Shown: positions 9,708 to 20,353, counted from the first letter of the stretch. The stretch is DNA of 64,000 nucleotides from a virus (IMGVR_UViG_3300014205_000181:32001-96000); one strand, 5' to 3'. Notes: a model not told the origin generated them from the sequence alone. Numbers and translations are program-made.

Positions 9708-11276
9708 ATGATAACAATAAATGGGTTAGATAGCGATGTGTTTAATGATCGAACTCCGGTAGATTTTACGAGTTTGCCATCTGCTGCCAGTAATAACGGT
9801 GTAGTCCGTAGGTGCAACCCACTTGTTGCAGGCCAGGAGGATTTCTATGTGGTCAGCAACGGAACATCATGGCTGCCATATCACACTAAAAACCGGCCAT
9901 TTATGGATTTGACGTATGCTCGGAAGGTGCAGGCCGCGCCTGTTACAATCACATCAAATGCCACAAACACCTCTGCGACTGCTCCCCTGCTGTGGCCAGC
10001 AACAAACTTTGCTAGCGGAACAAGCAATGTTTTAACCGGTGGAAATTTTACATACACCAGATGCGGTAAAAATGTCAGACCATACTCTGCAACCGGAACT
10101 ACTCTGGTCACTGCCGATACCATTCAGTGGACTACAACCCCTACATATAACCGCTTGGAATTTGGTGTGAGGTTTTATCACACCGGCAGGTATTTGGACA
10201 TTAAAACTGCGAATGGCTTGATGATGGTTAAAGTTGATGGAGAATATACATCGCTAACGCCAATCGCAATCACTGGCATACTGTATAACTACATCGATTT
10301 TGGGTCTGTAGCCACCAGGCTTGTTGAGGTAGTTCTTACATCTGGGCTGTTCGGCGGCGTGTATACGGGGGCCACCGATACTATTTCATCAGCCCCAGCA
10401 AAGGGGCCGAAAACTGTAATAGTTGGCGATTCGTTTTCTGGTGGAACGGGCACATCAGCCGAGATGGGGCTGCGGGGGGCGTTCCCGGCATGGTTTGCTG
10501 ATCTGATTGGATGGGATGACGTAATCGTTTCAGGCATTGGATCAACCGGATATTTGGCGGATGCGTCAGGCGTTGCAACCACATACCGCCAAAGAGTGCA
10601 ACATGACGTGATTGATAACGCCCCAGACGTGATTGTTTTCACAGGTGGATACAATGACAGAGCACAGACAGGGGCGGCTATTTATGCAGAGGCCTGCTTG
10701 CTTTTTAAACAGGTACGTGATGCCCTCCCGTTTGCTGAAGTAATTGTTTTCTCACCATTCTGGTACAAGGGATGCACGTCGTTTAAATCAGCGGCTGCTG
10801 ACATTATACCAATACGTGATGCCCTGAGAGATGCGGCAGCATTGTATAGCTGCCATTTCTGTGACATGCTCGAAATGGATCTGCCTATAGGTACGCCACT
10901 GGCTGCTGCTGGGTTGCTGACCTCGAATATCACGGCTGGAGCAACCACGTTTGTTGCTGATACACTTTTCGCAGTGCCTGGAACAGTAACCATCGGTACT
11001 GACCGCGTGCGTTATTCATCTGTAAGCGGGACCGGTCCGTTCACCTACACATTACAGAGTGCTGGCACTATTTACCAGGCGCACAGTATCGGCGATGCCG
11101 TGACTCCGGTTGGCAACTCATTTTGGACCGGGACCGGAAATGCCGCTGTGCCTACCGGGATAGGCAACTGCGATCTGATTACCACCTCTGCTGTGGATAT
11201 TCATCCTACCGACACCGGCCACAGGATGATCGGAGAGTATGTGGCGAAGAGGTTGCATGAGATATTGTCACAGTAG
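9708..11276 (+). CDS. SGNH/GDSL hydrolase-domain protein, probably virion-associated
   Basis: Blocks VIVGDSFS, GIGSTGY, GGYND, DIHP; beta-rich N-terminus; visibly higher GC. Confidence 0.8.
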   Translation: MITINGLDSDVFNDRTPVDFTSLPSAASNNGVVRRCNPLVAGQEDFYVVSNGTSWLPYHTKNRPFMDLTYARKVQAAPVTITSNATNTSATAPLLWPATNFASGTSNVLTGGNFTYTRCGKNVRPYSATGTTLVTADTIQWTTTPTYNRLEFGVRFYHTGRYLDIKTANGLMMVKVDGEYTSLTPIAITGILYNYIDFGSVATRLVEVVLTSGLFGGVYTGATDTISSAPAKGPKTVIVGDSFSGGTGTSAEMGLRGAFPAWFADLIGWDDVIVSGIGSTGYLADASGVATTYRQRVQHDVIDNAPDVIVFTGGYNDRAQTGAAIYAEACLLFKQVRDALPFAEVIVFSPFWYKGCTSFKSAAADIIPIRDALRDAAALYSCHFCDMLEMDLPIGTPLAAAGLLTSNITAGATTFVADTLFAVPGTVTIGTDRVRYSSVSGTGPFTYTLQSAGTIYQAHSIGDAVTPVGNSFWTGTGNAAVPTGIGNCDLITTSAVDIHPTDTGHRMIGEYVAKRLHEILSQ

Positions 11277-11405
11277 TTGTGGACGGTATACGAGGATGGC
11301 GACGAGCTACCGTATGTGCCGCAATATATAGACCAAACTATGTGACGGTAGATGATTTATGATATTTTGTCAGATTAAATAATTAAATTATAAGAGGGAC
11401 AATAT

Positions 11406-11729
11406 ATGAGAGTGAGTAGAGAGACAGCAGCATCCGGGGCAATATCACTAACAGTTGATCCTGGTATTCCATTTAGGTTAATAGCCATTAAAGTGCATTT
11501 GAGCGCAGTCGGTGGGGCTGGCAATTTAACCGCAACGACAGATTCAATTATCGGGGCTACTTATGACGCAGTATTAACTCTTCAAGATATGACCGCCGTA
11601 ACAGATTATATTTATGTACCAGACAACCCGATCCCATTTGTAGATGGTGATAAAGTTGTAATTGCATGGGCTAATGCAAGTAATGTTACTTATGGGATAG
11701 AAGCGTTTTGGGTTCCAGACAATATATAA
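11406..11729 (+). CDS. Putative virion protein
   Basis: RBS; beta-rich composition. Confidence 0.55.
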   Translation: MRVSRETAASGAISLTVDPGIPFRLIAIKVHLSAVGGAGNLTATTDSIIGATYDAVLTLQDMTAVTDYIYVPDNPIPFVDGDKVVIAWANASNVTYGIEAFWVPDNI

Positions 11730-11732
11730 TCC

Positions 11733-13523
11733 ATGATACTTGAATCTTCCATAAAAAGATTTTCTGGGATATCTTCTGATTCCAAGCCAGATACCGATGT
11801 TCCATCTGGTTCTGAATTTTTTGAATTAGACACAGGAAATACTTTTAAATTCCATGATTCATCATGGTACCCATTTGGGATATCGATTAATGATGGTAAT
11901 GGATTTAATATTGGTATAAATAGCCCATTGCCTACTAATGGAGATTCTGTTTATTATAAAGATATTGATTTAGATAGGTGTAATATAACTGGATGGACAG
12001 GGACAGTACTTGATTTATTCACTGGTGTTCATTCTGGTATAGAAAATACAGGTTCTAGTAATCCTAAAACAATTATTATTCATTTTGAAAGAACGATTGA
12101 GTTTGGTTCAGTCACCATAGGTAGTGCAGATGGAGGTAATTTTAGTAATGTCAAAGTGACTGTTAGAAATCCAGGTATAATTGAAACGATAGTTGTAGAT
12201 GAGTCTAGCGATTCCACTAATCTAACAAATAAAACGTATAACTTTGAAGATATACACAGGGTAGAATCATTAAAAATAGAATTTTATACCGCTGATATAG
12301 TTGAAGTAACACAAATATTTATTCCAAAAATTAAAACTGTAAAAATTGACCCAAATAATAAAAGTCACCCTATACATTTTATAGATACTGATCATTCTGG
12401 AAGAGCTGCTCAGAATTCAATTTTTGGAGATAGGATAGTAGGATGGAAAAAAACTTCAATGGCATTCCAATTTAATTATGGCTTTAGAACAAGAGATTTT
12501 ACATTAACACAAACAAATGGAGGAACTGTAACTTCTTCTGATAGTGTTATTATATTATCTACAAGTACGAATGTTGGTGGAGTTGCTGCTGCTGAAACAG
12601 TAGATTCTTTAAGGTATGTCCCAGGTAATGAAGCGTACGCATTTTTTACAGCTATATTTTCTACTCCAAAGGTAAATTCATATCAAAGAGCCGGGATATT
12701 TGACTCTAAAAATGGATTTTTTATCGGGTATGAATGTACTGATTTTAAAATTACTAGAAGAATAAATCAAATTGACTACCCACAAACTATTGATGTTTCA
12801 AAAGTTCTACCATTAGAAGCATTTGATCCAACAAAAGGTAATGTATATAAAATAAGTTTCGGATATCTCGGATTTGCAACAATAAATTTTGAAATAATGA
12901 ATCCAGAGGGAGAATGGAATTCAATTGGGCAGATTGAATTCCCAAATGCATATACTGAGACTAGCATTGCAAGTACAAATCTTCCAATGAGGGGAGAAGT
13001 AGGCAATACAGGTAATAATACAGATATTGTAGTTAAAAGTGGAAGCATTACTGCTGGTATTATTGATGGCGGTGATGATGACCCAAGCGCAAGAAGTTAT
13101 ACATATAGCAGGGGAACTGCCACAATATCTGCTGGAGATAACATGTTGGTTGCTTTTAGAAATATAACTACATTTGCAGGTAGAACGAATAGGGTAAAGG
13201 CAATAGCGCAACTATTGACTTCTGCGACGGAAGGAACAAAGCCAGTTAGGTGGAAGATTGTTTTCAATCCAACATTTACAAATACCCCAACATGGGCAGC
13301 AATAAATTCAGACTCAATAATTGAGTATTCAACAAATGCAACTATAACATTTGGGACTGGAGAAATAGGGACAGAATGGAATATGGCAAAAGCAGATTCA
13401 TTTTTTGAAGATGTAGAATCTCTTGGAGGGCATATGTATCCTGGTCAAACTGCTGTAGTTGTCGTCAATTCTGCTGGATCAAACGATACTGAATTTTCTA
13501 TTAGATGGAAGGAGCTATTTTAA
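11733..13523 (+). CDS. Large putative virion appendage / beta-sandwich protein
   Basis: 596 aa, Ser/Thr/Gly-rich, within the head module. Confidence 0.55.
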   Translation: MILESSIKRFSGISSDSKPDTDVPSGSEFFELDTGNTFKFHDSSWYPFGISINDGNGFNIGINSPLPTNGDSVYYKDIDLDRCNITGWTGTVLDLFTGVHSGIENTGSSNPKTIIIHFERTIEFGSVTIGSADGGNFSNVKVTVRNPGIIETIVVDESSDSTNLTNKTYNFEDIHRVESLKIEFYTADIVEVTQIFIPKIKTVKIDPNNKSHPIHFIDTDHSGRAAQNSIFGDRIVGWKKTSMAFQFNYGFRTRDFTLTQTNGGTVTSSDSVIILSTSTNVGGVAAAETVDSLRYVPGNEAYAFFTAIFSTPKVNSYQRAGIFDSKNGFFIGYECTDFKITRRINQIDYPQTIDVSKVLPLEAFDPTKGNVYKISFGYLGFATINFEIMNPEGEWNSIGQIEFPNAYTETSIASTNLPMRGEVGNTGNNTDIVVKSGSITAGIIDGGDDDPSARSYTYSRGTATISAGDNMLVAFRNITTFAGRTNRVKAIAQLLTSATEGTKPVRWKIVFNPTFTNTPTWAAINSDSIIEYSTNATITFGTGEIGTEWNMAKADSFFEDVESLGGHMYPGQTAVVVVNSAGSNDTEFSIRWKELF

Positions 13524-13682
13524 ATGAAATTAGGATATAGAATTTCTGGGTTACACGTAGAAAATGTTATAGGTAGTATAATTAAATTTTCTATATTTTC
13601 TTTACCATTCGCGATTTGGAAAATGTCTGAAGTGTTTATTGTATTTGTTAATATTATAAATTCTTTGAAGTAAGTGAATGAT

Positions 13683-14837
13683 ATGGCGATAACTACACTA
13701 GATGATATTTTAGAGTTTCTGGATCTGGATACGGCATATTTTGTTATTACGCCATCAAATAATGTATTAAATTTTACTTCATCTTCGGGTGGCCCTGTCG
13801 ATATCACATTGACAGATGGTAATTATGATGGGGTAACATTGGCCTCTCATTTACAAACGCAAATGAACGCCAATACGACATTAACTGGGACAGGAACAAT
13901 AACATTTGCTATATCATATAGCACTACAACAAGAAAATTCACAATCAATTCTGGAACTGGCAAAACTGTTGCGTACACTCATACATCTTCTGATGCTGGT
14001 TTAACGTTTGGTTTTACAGCAAATAAAACCGCTGCGCAAACCATAGTATCTGACATAGAAGCTGGAGATCCTAGTCAAATTGTATCTAGTATCAAGGATT
14101 CTACTGAAACACTCGTTTCGGAATATTGTAATAGGATATTTGAAGAAACATCTTATACTTGTGAGAGATATGACGGAAATAATAAAGGTATTTTAACTCT
14201 TAAAAATTTCCCGGTTACAGCGGTAGATAAAGTTTCAATTGGGACTTTAGATGTTATTCAGATTAGCAATTCCAACCAGACTTCTACAGCTTCCGTTTCT
14301 GCTACTACTACGGGTCTCAGGCTTGTTTTAGACGGCACGGCGGATACCAGTATTACTTATGCCGCAAACGCGACTATGACGGCTGTAGTAAACGCTGTGA
14401 ACGCGTTAGGAAATGGATGGGCGGCTAGACTTAATTCTAGTATTTACGGTAATTTTAAATCAACCGAAATTATCCCAAGGTATGGATTGAATGCGATTGA
14501 TACAAATTGGGTAGATCTGTCGATGGTTGATGACCCATTAGATGATATTGATGTTTACCTTGAAAGAGGGCAAATATTAAAATATGGAGGGTGGCCTAAA
14601 GGAACTAGAAATATTTATATAGATTATACTGCTGGATTTACATCTGACAATATGCCGAATGATTTAAAATTAGCTGTAAAAATTCTAGTAAAATTTTTCT
14701 ATAATAAAATGGATGATGATAGCTATGGAGTGGAAGAGTACAGAGCGCATAATTTATGGGCTTCGTTTAACAAAGAAGAAACAATTCCAAAAGAAGCTAA
14801 AATGATATTAATGAGATATAAAAGGTTTCATACATAA
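13683..14837 (+). CDS. Head-tail connector (gp6-like) with long insertions
   Basis: VSEYCNRIF, LKNFPVTAV, IDYTAGF…MPNDLKLAV; lies before the head-closure gene. Confidence 0.7.
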   Translation: MAITTLDDILEFLDLDTAYFVITPSNNVLNFTSSSGGPVDITLTDGNYDGVTLASHLQTQMNANTTLTGTGTITFAISYSTTTRKFTINSGTGKTVAYTHTSSDAGLTFGFTANKTAAQTIVSDIEAGDPSQIVSSIKDSTETLVSEYCNRIFEETSYTCERYDGNNKGILTLKNFPVTAVDKVSIGTLDVIQISNSNQTSTASVSATTTGLRLVLDGTADTSITYAANATMTAVVNAVNALGNGWAARLNSSIYGNFKSTEIIPRYGLNAIDTNWVDLSMVDDPLDDIDVYLERGQILKYGGWPKGTRNIYIDYTAGFTSDNMPNDLKLAVKILVKFFYNKMDDDSYGVEEYRAHNLWASFNKEETIPKEAKMILMRYKRFHT

Positions 14838-15154
14838 TGCCTGGACCAAAAGCTACTTTAGAGTTGCAGAGGAAAACTGATGTTAGTGATGGAATGGGTG
14901 GTTTTACTTCTGTATGGTATGGTAAGGCAAGCCTAAAGGGTACATTTACTTCAGTTGATAAATGGGAAAAATTTATTGCTGATTCTACTAAGGTGAAATC
15001 TACGCATTGGTTCCATGTGAGATACCAGGAAGGAATTGTACCAACTTCAAAAGATAGGTTTAGAAATGGTTCTGAAATTTATGAAATTATTTTAGTTGAT
15101 AATGTTGCTTTAAAAAATAGATTTTGGGAATTCTTTCTAGCTAAGATAGAATAG
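14837..15154 (+). CDS. Head closure protein (SPP1 gp16-like)
   Basis: SDGMGG, THWFHVRY, YEIILVDN. Confidence 0.8.
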   Translation: MPGPKATLELQRKTDVSDGMGGFTSVWYGKASLKGTFTSVDKWEKFIADSTKVKSTHWFHVRYQEGIVPTSKDRFRNGSEIYEIILVDNVALKNRFWEFFLAKIE

Positions 15155-15161
15155 GTGGATA

Positions 15162-15626
15162 ATGGCAAGAGTTACCTGGAATAGTAAACAAGTTATAGAT
15201 TCTATAAAAGCAACTCAATCACAGTCGATGAATGACGCTTGTGAATTTTTAAGTGATAAAATAAAGGATTCCATGAAGCCTGGAACTGGTAGATGGTGGC
15301 CTTCTAAAAAGGGCGATGGCTCTTTACACCAAGCTTCGATCCCTAATACAGCACCAGCCCCAGATACGGAAGAATTGAAAAATTCAATTTCTTGGGCGGC
15401 ATCAACTGGTAGTAGCGGTGGGGGAGAAGGTAGTGAAAAAGTAACCGCACCTTTTTACGGCGCGAATACCAATATCATTGCTGGGAAAATAGGAACAACT
15501 AACGGAAAAGGTATTCTCCATGAGATGGCTTGGACGATTGACGGAGCTAAAAGACCGTTTATAAGACCAGCATTCACTGAAAGCGAAGATGAATTAATCA
15601 GAATACTTGGGAAAAATAAAATATGA
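15162..15626 (+). CDS. HK97 gp10-like tail completion protein
   Basis: HQASIPNTAPAPDT…LKNSI, RPFIRPAF. Confidence 0.75.
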   Translation: MARVTWNSKQVIDSIKATQSQSMNDACEFLSDKIKDSMKPGTGRWWPSKKGDGSLHQASIPNTAPAPDTEELKNSISWAASTGSSGGGEGSEKVTAPFYGANTNIIAGKIGTTNGKGILHEMAWTIDGAKRPFIRPAFTESEDELIRILGKNKI

Positions 15627-16045
15627 GTATAAGCGAATTAGCAACAGGGGTATATAATTATTCACAAGTAGCGAGTAATTTTAAAACGAGTATCAATGGT
15701 AGGGTTTATCAAGTTCGTGCTCCTCAAAATCCTACATATCCATTTGTTATATTCTTCTTCCCTGTCGATACCATTACGCATTTTATGAACGAACAAGCTG
15801 TAGCGGCAAATGCAGTATTAAATATTAGTTTACAGTTTAATATTTATTCTCAAAATCAGTCCACAAGTGAAATTAATACCATAGATGGATATTTAACGGA
15901 TAGATTTGATTTCGCTAACTTAACTGTATCTGGATATTATTGCTTTGATTTGTATAGAACTCATAAAATCCCCCCTATGTGGGTAGAAGACATCCAAGGT
16001 TATATTTCTTCCGTAATTTATCAAGTGCAATTACAAAAAAATTAA
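15623..16045 (+). CDS. Tail terminator protein
   Basis: RVYQVRAPQNPTYPFV, QFNIYS; synteny. Confidence 0.7.
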   Translation: MSISELATGVYNYSQVASNFKTSINGRVYQVRAPQNPTYPFVIFFFPVDTITHFMNEQAVAANAVLNISLQFNIYSQNQSTSEINTIDGYLTDRFDFANLTVSGYYCFDLYRTHKIPPMWVEDIQGYISSVIYQVQLQKN

Positions 16046-16069
16046 AGTTTCTGCAATTTTTACCGATAA
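16043..16069 (+). promoter_or_regulatory. Sigma28-like promoter TAAAGTTT-N11-ACCGATAA at the start of the glycan island
   Basis: One mismatch to the FliA consensus with canonical spacing; fills the intergenic gap. Confidence 0.65.
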
Positions 16070-16076
16070 GCAATTC

Positions 16077-16703
16077 ATGAAAAATATTAAACTTGCAATA
16101 GCAGTCCCATTAAGTCATAACAGCGTTCCATTACAGTTCTTCGAGTCATATGTAGCGATGTTGAAGCCATGTAGACATATGTTCATTCATGCTAGTAGCT
16201 ATCAAGGTGTCGATCATATGCGCAATCAGTTAATTGAAGGAGCAATAGTATACAATTGTTCACATATATTATTCCTTGATGTAGACCATCGGCATCATCC
16301 AGAAACAATTACAAAACTATTATCTCATAAATTGCCCATTGTCTCAGGTCTTTCATATATGCGCAATGCTGATTATGAACCATGTATGTTTCGTGGGATG
16401 ATAAATAAATATGAAACGATTACAGAGTGGGAAGAAAATTCTTTGGTTGAAGTAGATAGTGTTGGCGCTGCCTGTTTATTAGTTGATATGAAAGTATTTA
16501 ACGACATACAAAGGCCATATTTCAAATTTATGGAAAATCCCGACCCAACTGCAAAATATGGAATAGGAGAAGACGTAGTATTCTGCAATAAGGCAAAACA
16601 AGCAGGATATAAAATTTATGTAGACACAAGCTGTACTAATAAACACATTGGACAAATTGAAGTAGATGGAGATATTTATAAAAAATGGAATGGTGCTAAT
16701 TAA
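16077..16703 (+). CDS. GT2-like glycosyltransferase, paralog 2
   Basis: LFLDVD, GEDVVFC; strongly similar to 8783..9394. Confidence 0.8.
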   Translation: MKNIKLAIAVPLSHNSVPLQFFESYVAMLKPCRHMFIHASSYQGVDHMRNQLIEGAIVYNCSHILFLDVDHRHHPETITKLLSHKLPIVSGLSYMRNADYEPCMFRGMINKYETITEWEENSLVEVDSVGAACLLVDMKVFNDIQRPYFKFMENPDPTAKYGIGEDVVFCNKAKQAGYKIYVDTSCTNKHIGQIEVDGDIYKKWNGAN

Positions 16704-17275
16704 TGTTAAACTATAAAGATGTATACAATAAAGTTTATTCTGAAAAAGATGATTATGGAGACATAAAGCATTCAAGGCCAGATTTAAAAGAAAAAGTTAT
16801 TTTGGACTTTATCGATAACAAAGATGGGACGGTATTGGATATCGGTTCTGGTTCTGGTTATTATTTATCCTCATTGATTAATCATGGAATACACGCCTTC
16901 GGTATAGAAGTTAGTGATATTTGCTGTGAAAAATATCTAACAAGCTTACCACATAAATGTACAGATATAATTAAATATTCTAAATTCAATACCACTCCTA
17001 AATTTGATTATGCAATATGCAACGATTTTATTGAACATATTTATATTGAAGATTTAGACAGCGTGTTAAAATCAATTGTTAAATTAAGTGGCGATTGTTT
17101 ATTTGGAATTGCTAATCACAATGAATTTTTGTGCGGTATGCAAATTCACCAGATAGTCCAAGGTGTTAACTTTTGGATTGAAAAACTAAATGAATACTAT
17201 AAAAATGTAGAATTGGTTTCTATTTTAATGGATTCTAGGTTCTTTTTTGTAAAATGTTCTAACAAAAAAAGATGA
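16703..17275 (+). CDS. Class I SAM-dependent methyltransferase
   Basis: VLDIGSGSG, GIEVS, DFIEHI. Confidence 0.85.
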   Translation: MLNYKDVYNKVYSEKDDYGDIKHSRPDLKEKVILDFIDNKDGTVLDIGSGSGYYLSSLINHGIHAFGIEVSDICCEKYLTSLPHKCTDIIKYSKFNTTPKFDYAICNDFIEHIYIEDLDSVLKSIVKLSGDCLFGIANHNEFLCGMQIHQIVQGVNFWIEKLNEYYKNVELVSILMDSRFFFVKCSNKKR

Positions 17276-17362
17276 TATTTCAGAAACTAATGAAGGATTT
17301 TATGACGCTATCAAATCAACTAATACTGATGAGACTAATAATTTATCGGGTGAGTTAATTAA

Positions 17363-18220
17363 ATGAAAATTTTGGTCTTAGGTGCTAGTGGGATGCTTGG
17401 CAGTTCTATGCTAAATGTAATGAGCGAAAATAAAAAATTAGATGTATTCGGAACAGTAAGGGGAAAATCAGATAAGAAATTTTTTACCCAACAAATCCAA
17501 GATAAAGTTCTCCATAACGTAAATATAGAAAATGAAAATACATTAAATGGATTGTTCGTTTCTTTAAAGCCAGACGTAGTTATTAATTGTGTTGGGATAG
17601 TAAAGCAAATTGATGACGCGAATAGTCCGTTAAAATCTATAGCTATAAATTCTTTGTTCCCCCATAAATTGAAATCATTATGCGATTCTTTTGATTCTAG
17701 GTTAATACATATCAGTACAGATTGTGTATTCTCTGGTAAATATGGGATGTATAAAGAAGAAGATGTCTCTGACTGTACAGATTTTTATGGCAAGACTAAA
17801 TATTTAGGAGAGGTTATTTCAGATAGATCGTTAACGATAAGAACCTCTATAATTGGCCCAGAGTTAAAAACGAACCATGGATTACTTAACTGGTTTTTAA
17901 GTCAAGGAAAAGAATGCAATGGGTATAGCAATGCGGTTTTTAGTGGTTTCCCAACTGTAGTATTGTCCCAGATATTAAGAGATATCATTATTCACGATGA
18001 GTCGATTAGTGGGTTATATAACATTGCTTCTGAAAAAATTTCAAAATTTGATTTACTGAGATTAATAGCTGATATTTATAAAAAAGATATTAAAATTAAT
18101 GACTATAAAGATTTTACAATCGATAGGTCTTTAGATGGTTCTAAATTTAATTTAAAGTCTGGGTACATAACTCCTAATTGGGAAAGCATGATTAATACAA
18201 TGAGAGGTATTAATGTTTAG
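17363..18220 (+). CDS. RmlD-like SDR reductase (WbvR/QnlA type)
   Basis: GASGMLG, HISTDCVFSG, YGKTK; 285 aa with no cupin extension. Confidence 0.8.
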   Translation: MKILVLGASGMLGSSMLNVMSENKKLDVFGTVRGKSDKKFFTQQIQDKVLHNVNIENENTLNGLFVSLKPDVVINCVGIVKQIDDANSPLKSIAINSLFPHKLKSLCDSFDSRLIHISTDCVFSGKYGMYKEEDVSDCTDFYGKTKYLGEVISDRSLTIRTSIIGPELKTNHGLLNWFLSQGKECNGYSNAVFSGFPTVVLSQILRDIIIHDESISGLYNIASEKISKFDLLRLIADIYKKDIKINDYKDFTIDRSLDGSKFNLKSGYITPNWESMINTMRGINV

Positions 18221-19223
18221 TAACAAAACGGTATTAATAACAGGTGGAACGGGATCATTTGGGAGCGTTGTCGCGAAACGGTTACTGACTAACAACGTAA
18301 AAGAAGTTCGGATATTTAGCCGCGACGAAAAGAAACAAGAAGATATGAGAATCTCGGTGAACGATGCGAGATTGAAATTCTATATTGGTGATGTCAGAGA
18401 TTACGGTAGTGTTGATTCTGCGATGATAGGGGTCAATTATGTATTCAATGCCGCCGCACTTAAGCAAGTACCTTCATGCGAATTTTTCCCAATGGAGGCG
18501 ATAAAAACCAATGTTATTGGTGCCGATAATGTGATGAGTTCTGCAATAAAGAATAATGTAGAGCGGGTTGTTATTTTAAGTACTGATAAATCTGTTTATC
18601 CAATTAATGCAATGGGCATGACGAAAGCTATTTCTGAAAAGGTAATGGTCTCAAAGGCGATGAAACAACGTGCTGGAGAAACGGTATTATGTGCTACTAG
18701 ATATGGTAATGTAATGGCTTCCCGTGGATCTGTAATTCCCTTGTTTGTATCTCAATTAAAAAATAATGAGGAATTAACGGTAACAGACCCAGATATGACA
18801 AGATTTCTTATGTCCTTAGACGATTCAATAGATTTGGTATTTTATGCTTTGATAAATGGTGGACAAGGTGATATTTTTGTTCAAAAGTCTCCAGCATCGA
18901 CCGTGGGTGTTTTGGCCCAAGCATTAAAAGAAATGTTTGCAAAAGATAATAATATAAAAATTATTGGAACTCGACACGGAGAAAAATTATTTGAATCACT
19001 TATTTCAAGGGAAGAGATGGTAAGAGCCGTTGATCATGGGGATTATTATTGTATTAATCCGGATAATAGGGATTTAAATTATAATAAGTATTTCGATTCA
19101 GGAAATACGAATATTGATAAGATACAAGATTACACTTCACATAATACTACTAGATTGAGCATTGAAGAAACTAAAGAATTGTTGTTTTCATTGGATTATA
19201 TTAAGGAAGAGTTGAATGCTTAA
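18213..19223 (+). CDS. fnlA: UDP-GlcNAc 4,6-dehydratase/5-epimerase (FnlA/WbjB/CapE family)
   Basis: TGGTGSFG, FSRDEKKQ, AALKQVPSCEF, STDK, TRYGNVMASRGSVIP, GTRHGEK. Confidence 0.9.
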   Translation: MFSNKTVLITGGTGSFGSVVAKRLLTNNVKEVRIFSRDEKKQEDMRISVNDARLKFYIGDVRDYGSVDSAMIGVNYVFNAAALKQVPSCEFFPMEAIKTNVIGADNVMSSAIKNNVERVVILSTDKSVYPINAMGMTKAISEKVMVSKAMKQRAGETVLCATRYGNVMASRGSVIPLFVSQLKNNEELTVTDPDMTRFLMSLDDSIDLVFYALINGGQGDIFVQKSPASTVGVLAQALKEMFAKDNNIKIIGTRHGEKLFESLISREEMVRAVDHGDYYCINPDNRDLNYNKYFDSGNTNIDKIQDYTSHNTTRLSIEETKELLFSLDYIKEELNA

Positions 19224-20322
19224 GGTGATGACAATTGTTGGGACTAGGCCCGAATTAATAAAAATGTCTAGGGTTATAGATAAATTAGATAAAAATACAA
19301 ATCATATTTTAGTACATACTGGTCAGAATTATGACTATGAGTTGAATCAGATTTTTTTCGACGAACTTAAAATAAGAAAACCAGATTATTTTTTAGAAGT
19401 TGCTGGTGAAAATACAGCACAAACGATAGCAAACATTATCGAAAGAACAGATAAGGTAATAGAGGCAGAAAGTCCAGATGCTTTTGTAATATACGGAGAT
19501 ACCAATTCGTGTCTTTCTGTAATTTCAGCCAAAAGGAGAAAAGTGCCTGTATTCCATATGGAAGCAGGCAATAGGTGTTTTGATCAAAGAGTTCCAGAAG
19601 AATTAAATAGAAAGATAATAGACCAGTTATCTGATATTAATATTGTTTTATCTGATAGAGCTAGAGAAAATCTTGTACTAGAAGGAATAAGACCAGAAAC
19701 TATATTTAAGTCTGGTTCTCATATGAAAGAAGTTTTAGATTACTACATGTCTGATGTGTATAGGTCAGACGTACTAAATAGATTAAAATTAAAAAGTTCA
19801 AGTTATTTTGTGTTTAGTTTTCATAGGGAAGAAAATATTGACGACATAGATAATTTAAAAACTATAATTAAATCGATAAAGGCAGTATCTGCAACATATA
19901 ACCTCCCTGTTATAGTATCCACTCACCCTAGAACAAAGAAAGCATTAGATGATTTAAATATTAGTACAGATGAAAAGATTATTTTTAGTAAGCCGTTTGG
20001 GTTATTTGATTACATAAAGTTGCAAATCAATGCAAAATGTGTTGTCTCAGATAGCGGTACAATAACAGAAGAGAGTTCTCTACTCGGTTTTCCTGCTGTT
20101 ACTATTAGGAATACTCATGAAAGGCCAGAGGGAATGGATAATGGTGTTTTAATCATGTCTGGTGTAGATACTGGGTCAATAATGGATTCGGTAGATGTTG
20201 CTATAAAATGCGGCAAGCCACATGCGATTGATGAATACAATAAACAAGATGTATCTACCCATATATTAAAATTGATATATAGTCATACTGGATACATTAA
20301 TAGAACCGTATGGCATAAATAA
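19216..20322 (+). CDS. Non-hydrolysing UDP-HexNAc 2-epimerase (FnlC/WbjD/QnlB family)
   Basis: GTRPELIK, HTGQNYD, GDTNS, HMEAGNR, SDSGTITEE, ERPEG. Confidence 0.9.
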   Translation: MLKVMTIVGTRPELIKMSRVIDKLDKNTNHILVHTGQNYDYELNQIFFDELKIRKPDYFLEVAGENTAQTIANIIERTDKVIEAESPDAFVIYGDTNSCLSVISAKRRKVPVFHMEAGNRCFDQRVPEELNRKIIDQLSDINIVLSDRARENLVLEGIRPETIFKSGSHMKEVLDYYMSDVYRSDVLNRLKLKSSSYFVFSFHREENIDDIDNLKTIIKSIKAVSATYNLPVIVSTHPRTKKALDDLNISTDEKIIFSKPFGLFDYIKLQINAKCVVSDSGTITEESSLLGFPAVTIRNTHERPEGMDNGVLIMSGVDTGSIMDSVDVAIKCGKPHAIDEYNKQDVSTHILKLIYSHTGYINRTVWHK

Positions 20323-20353
20323 TGATAACGGTTAATGTGTTATTAGTGAAGCA

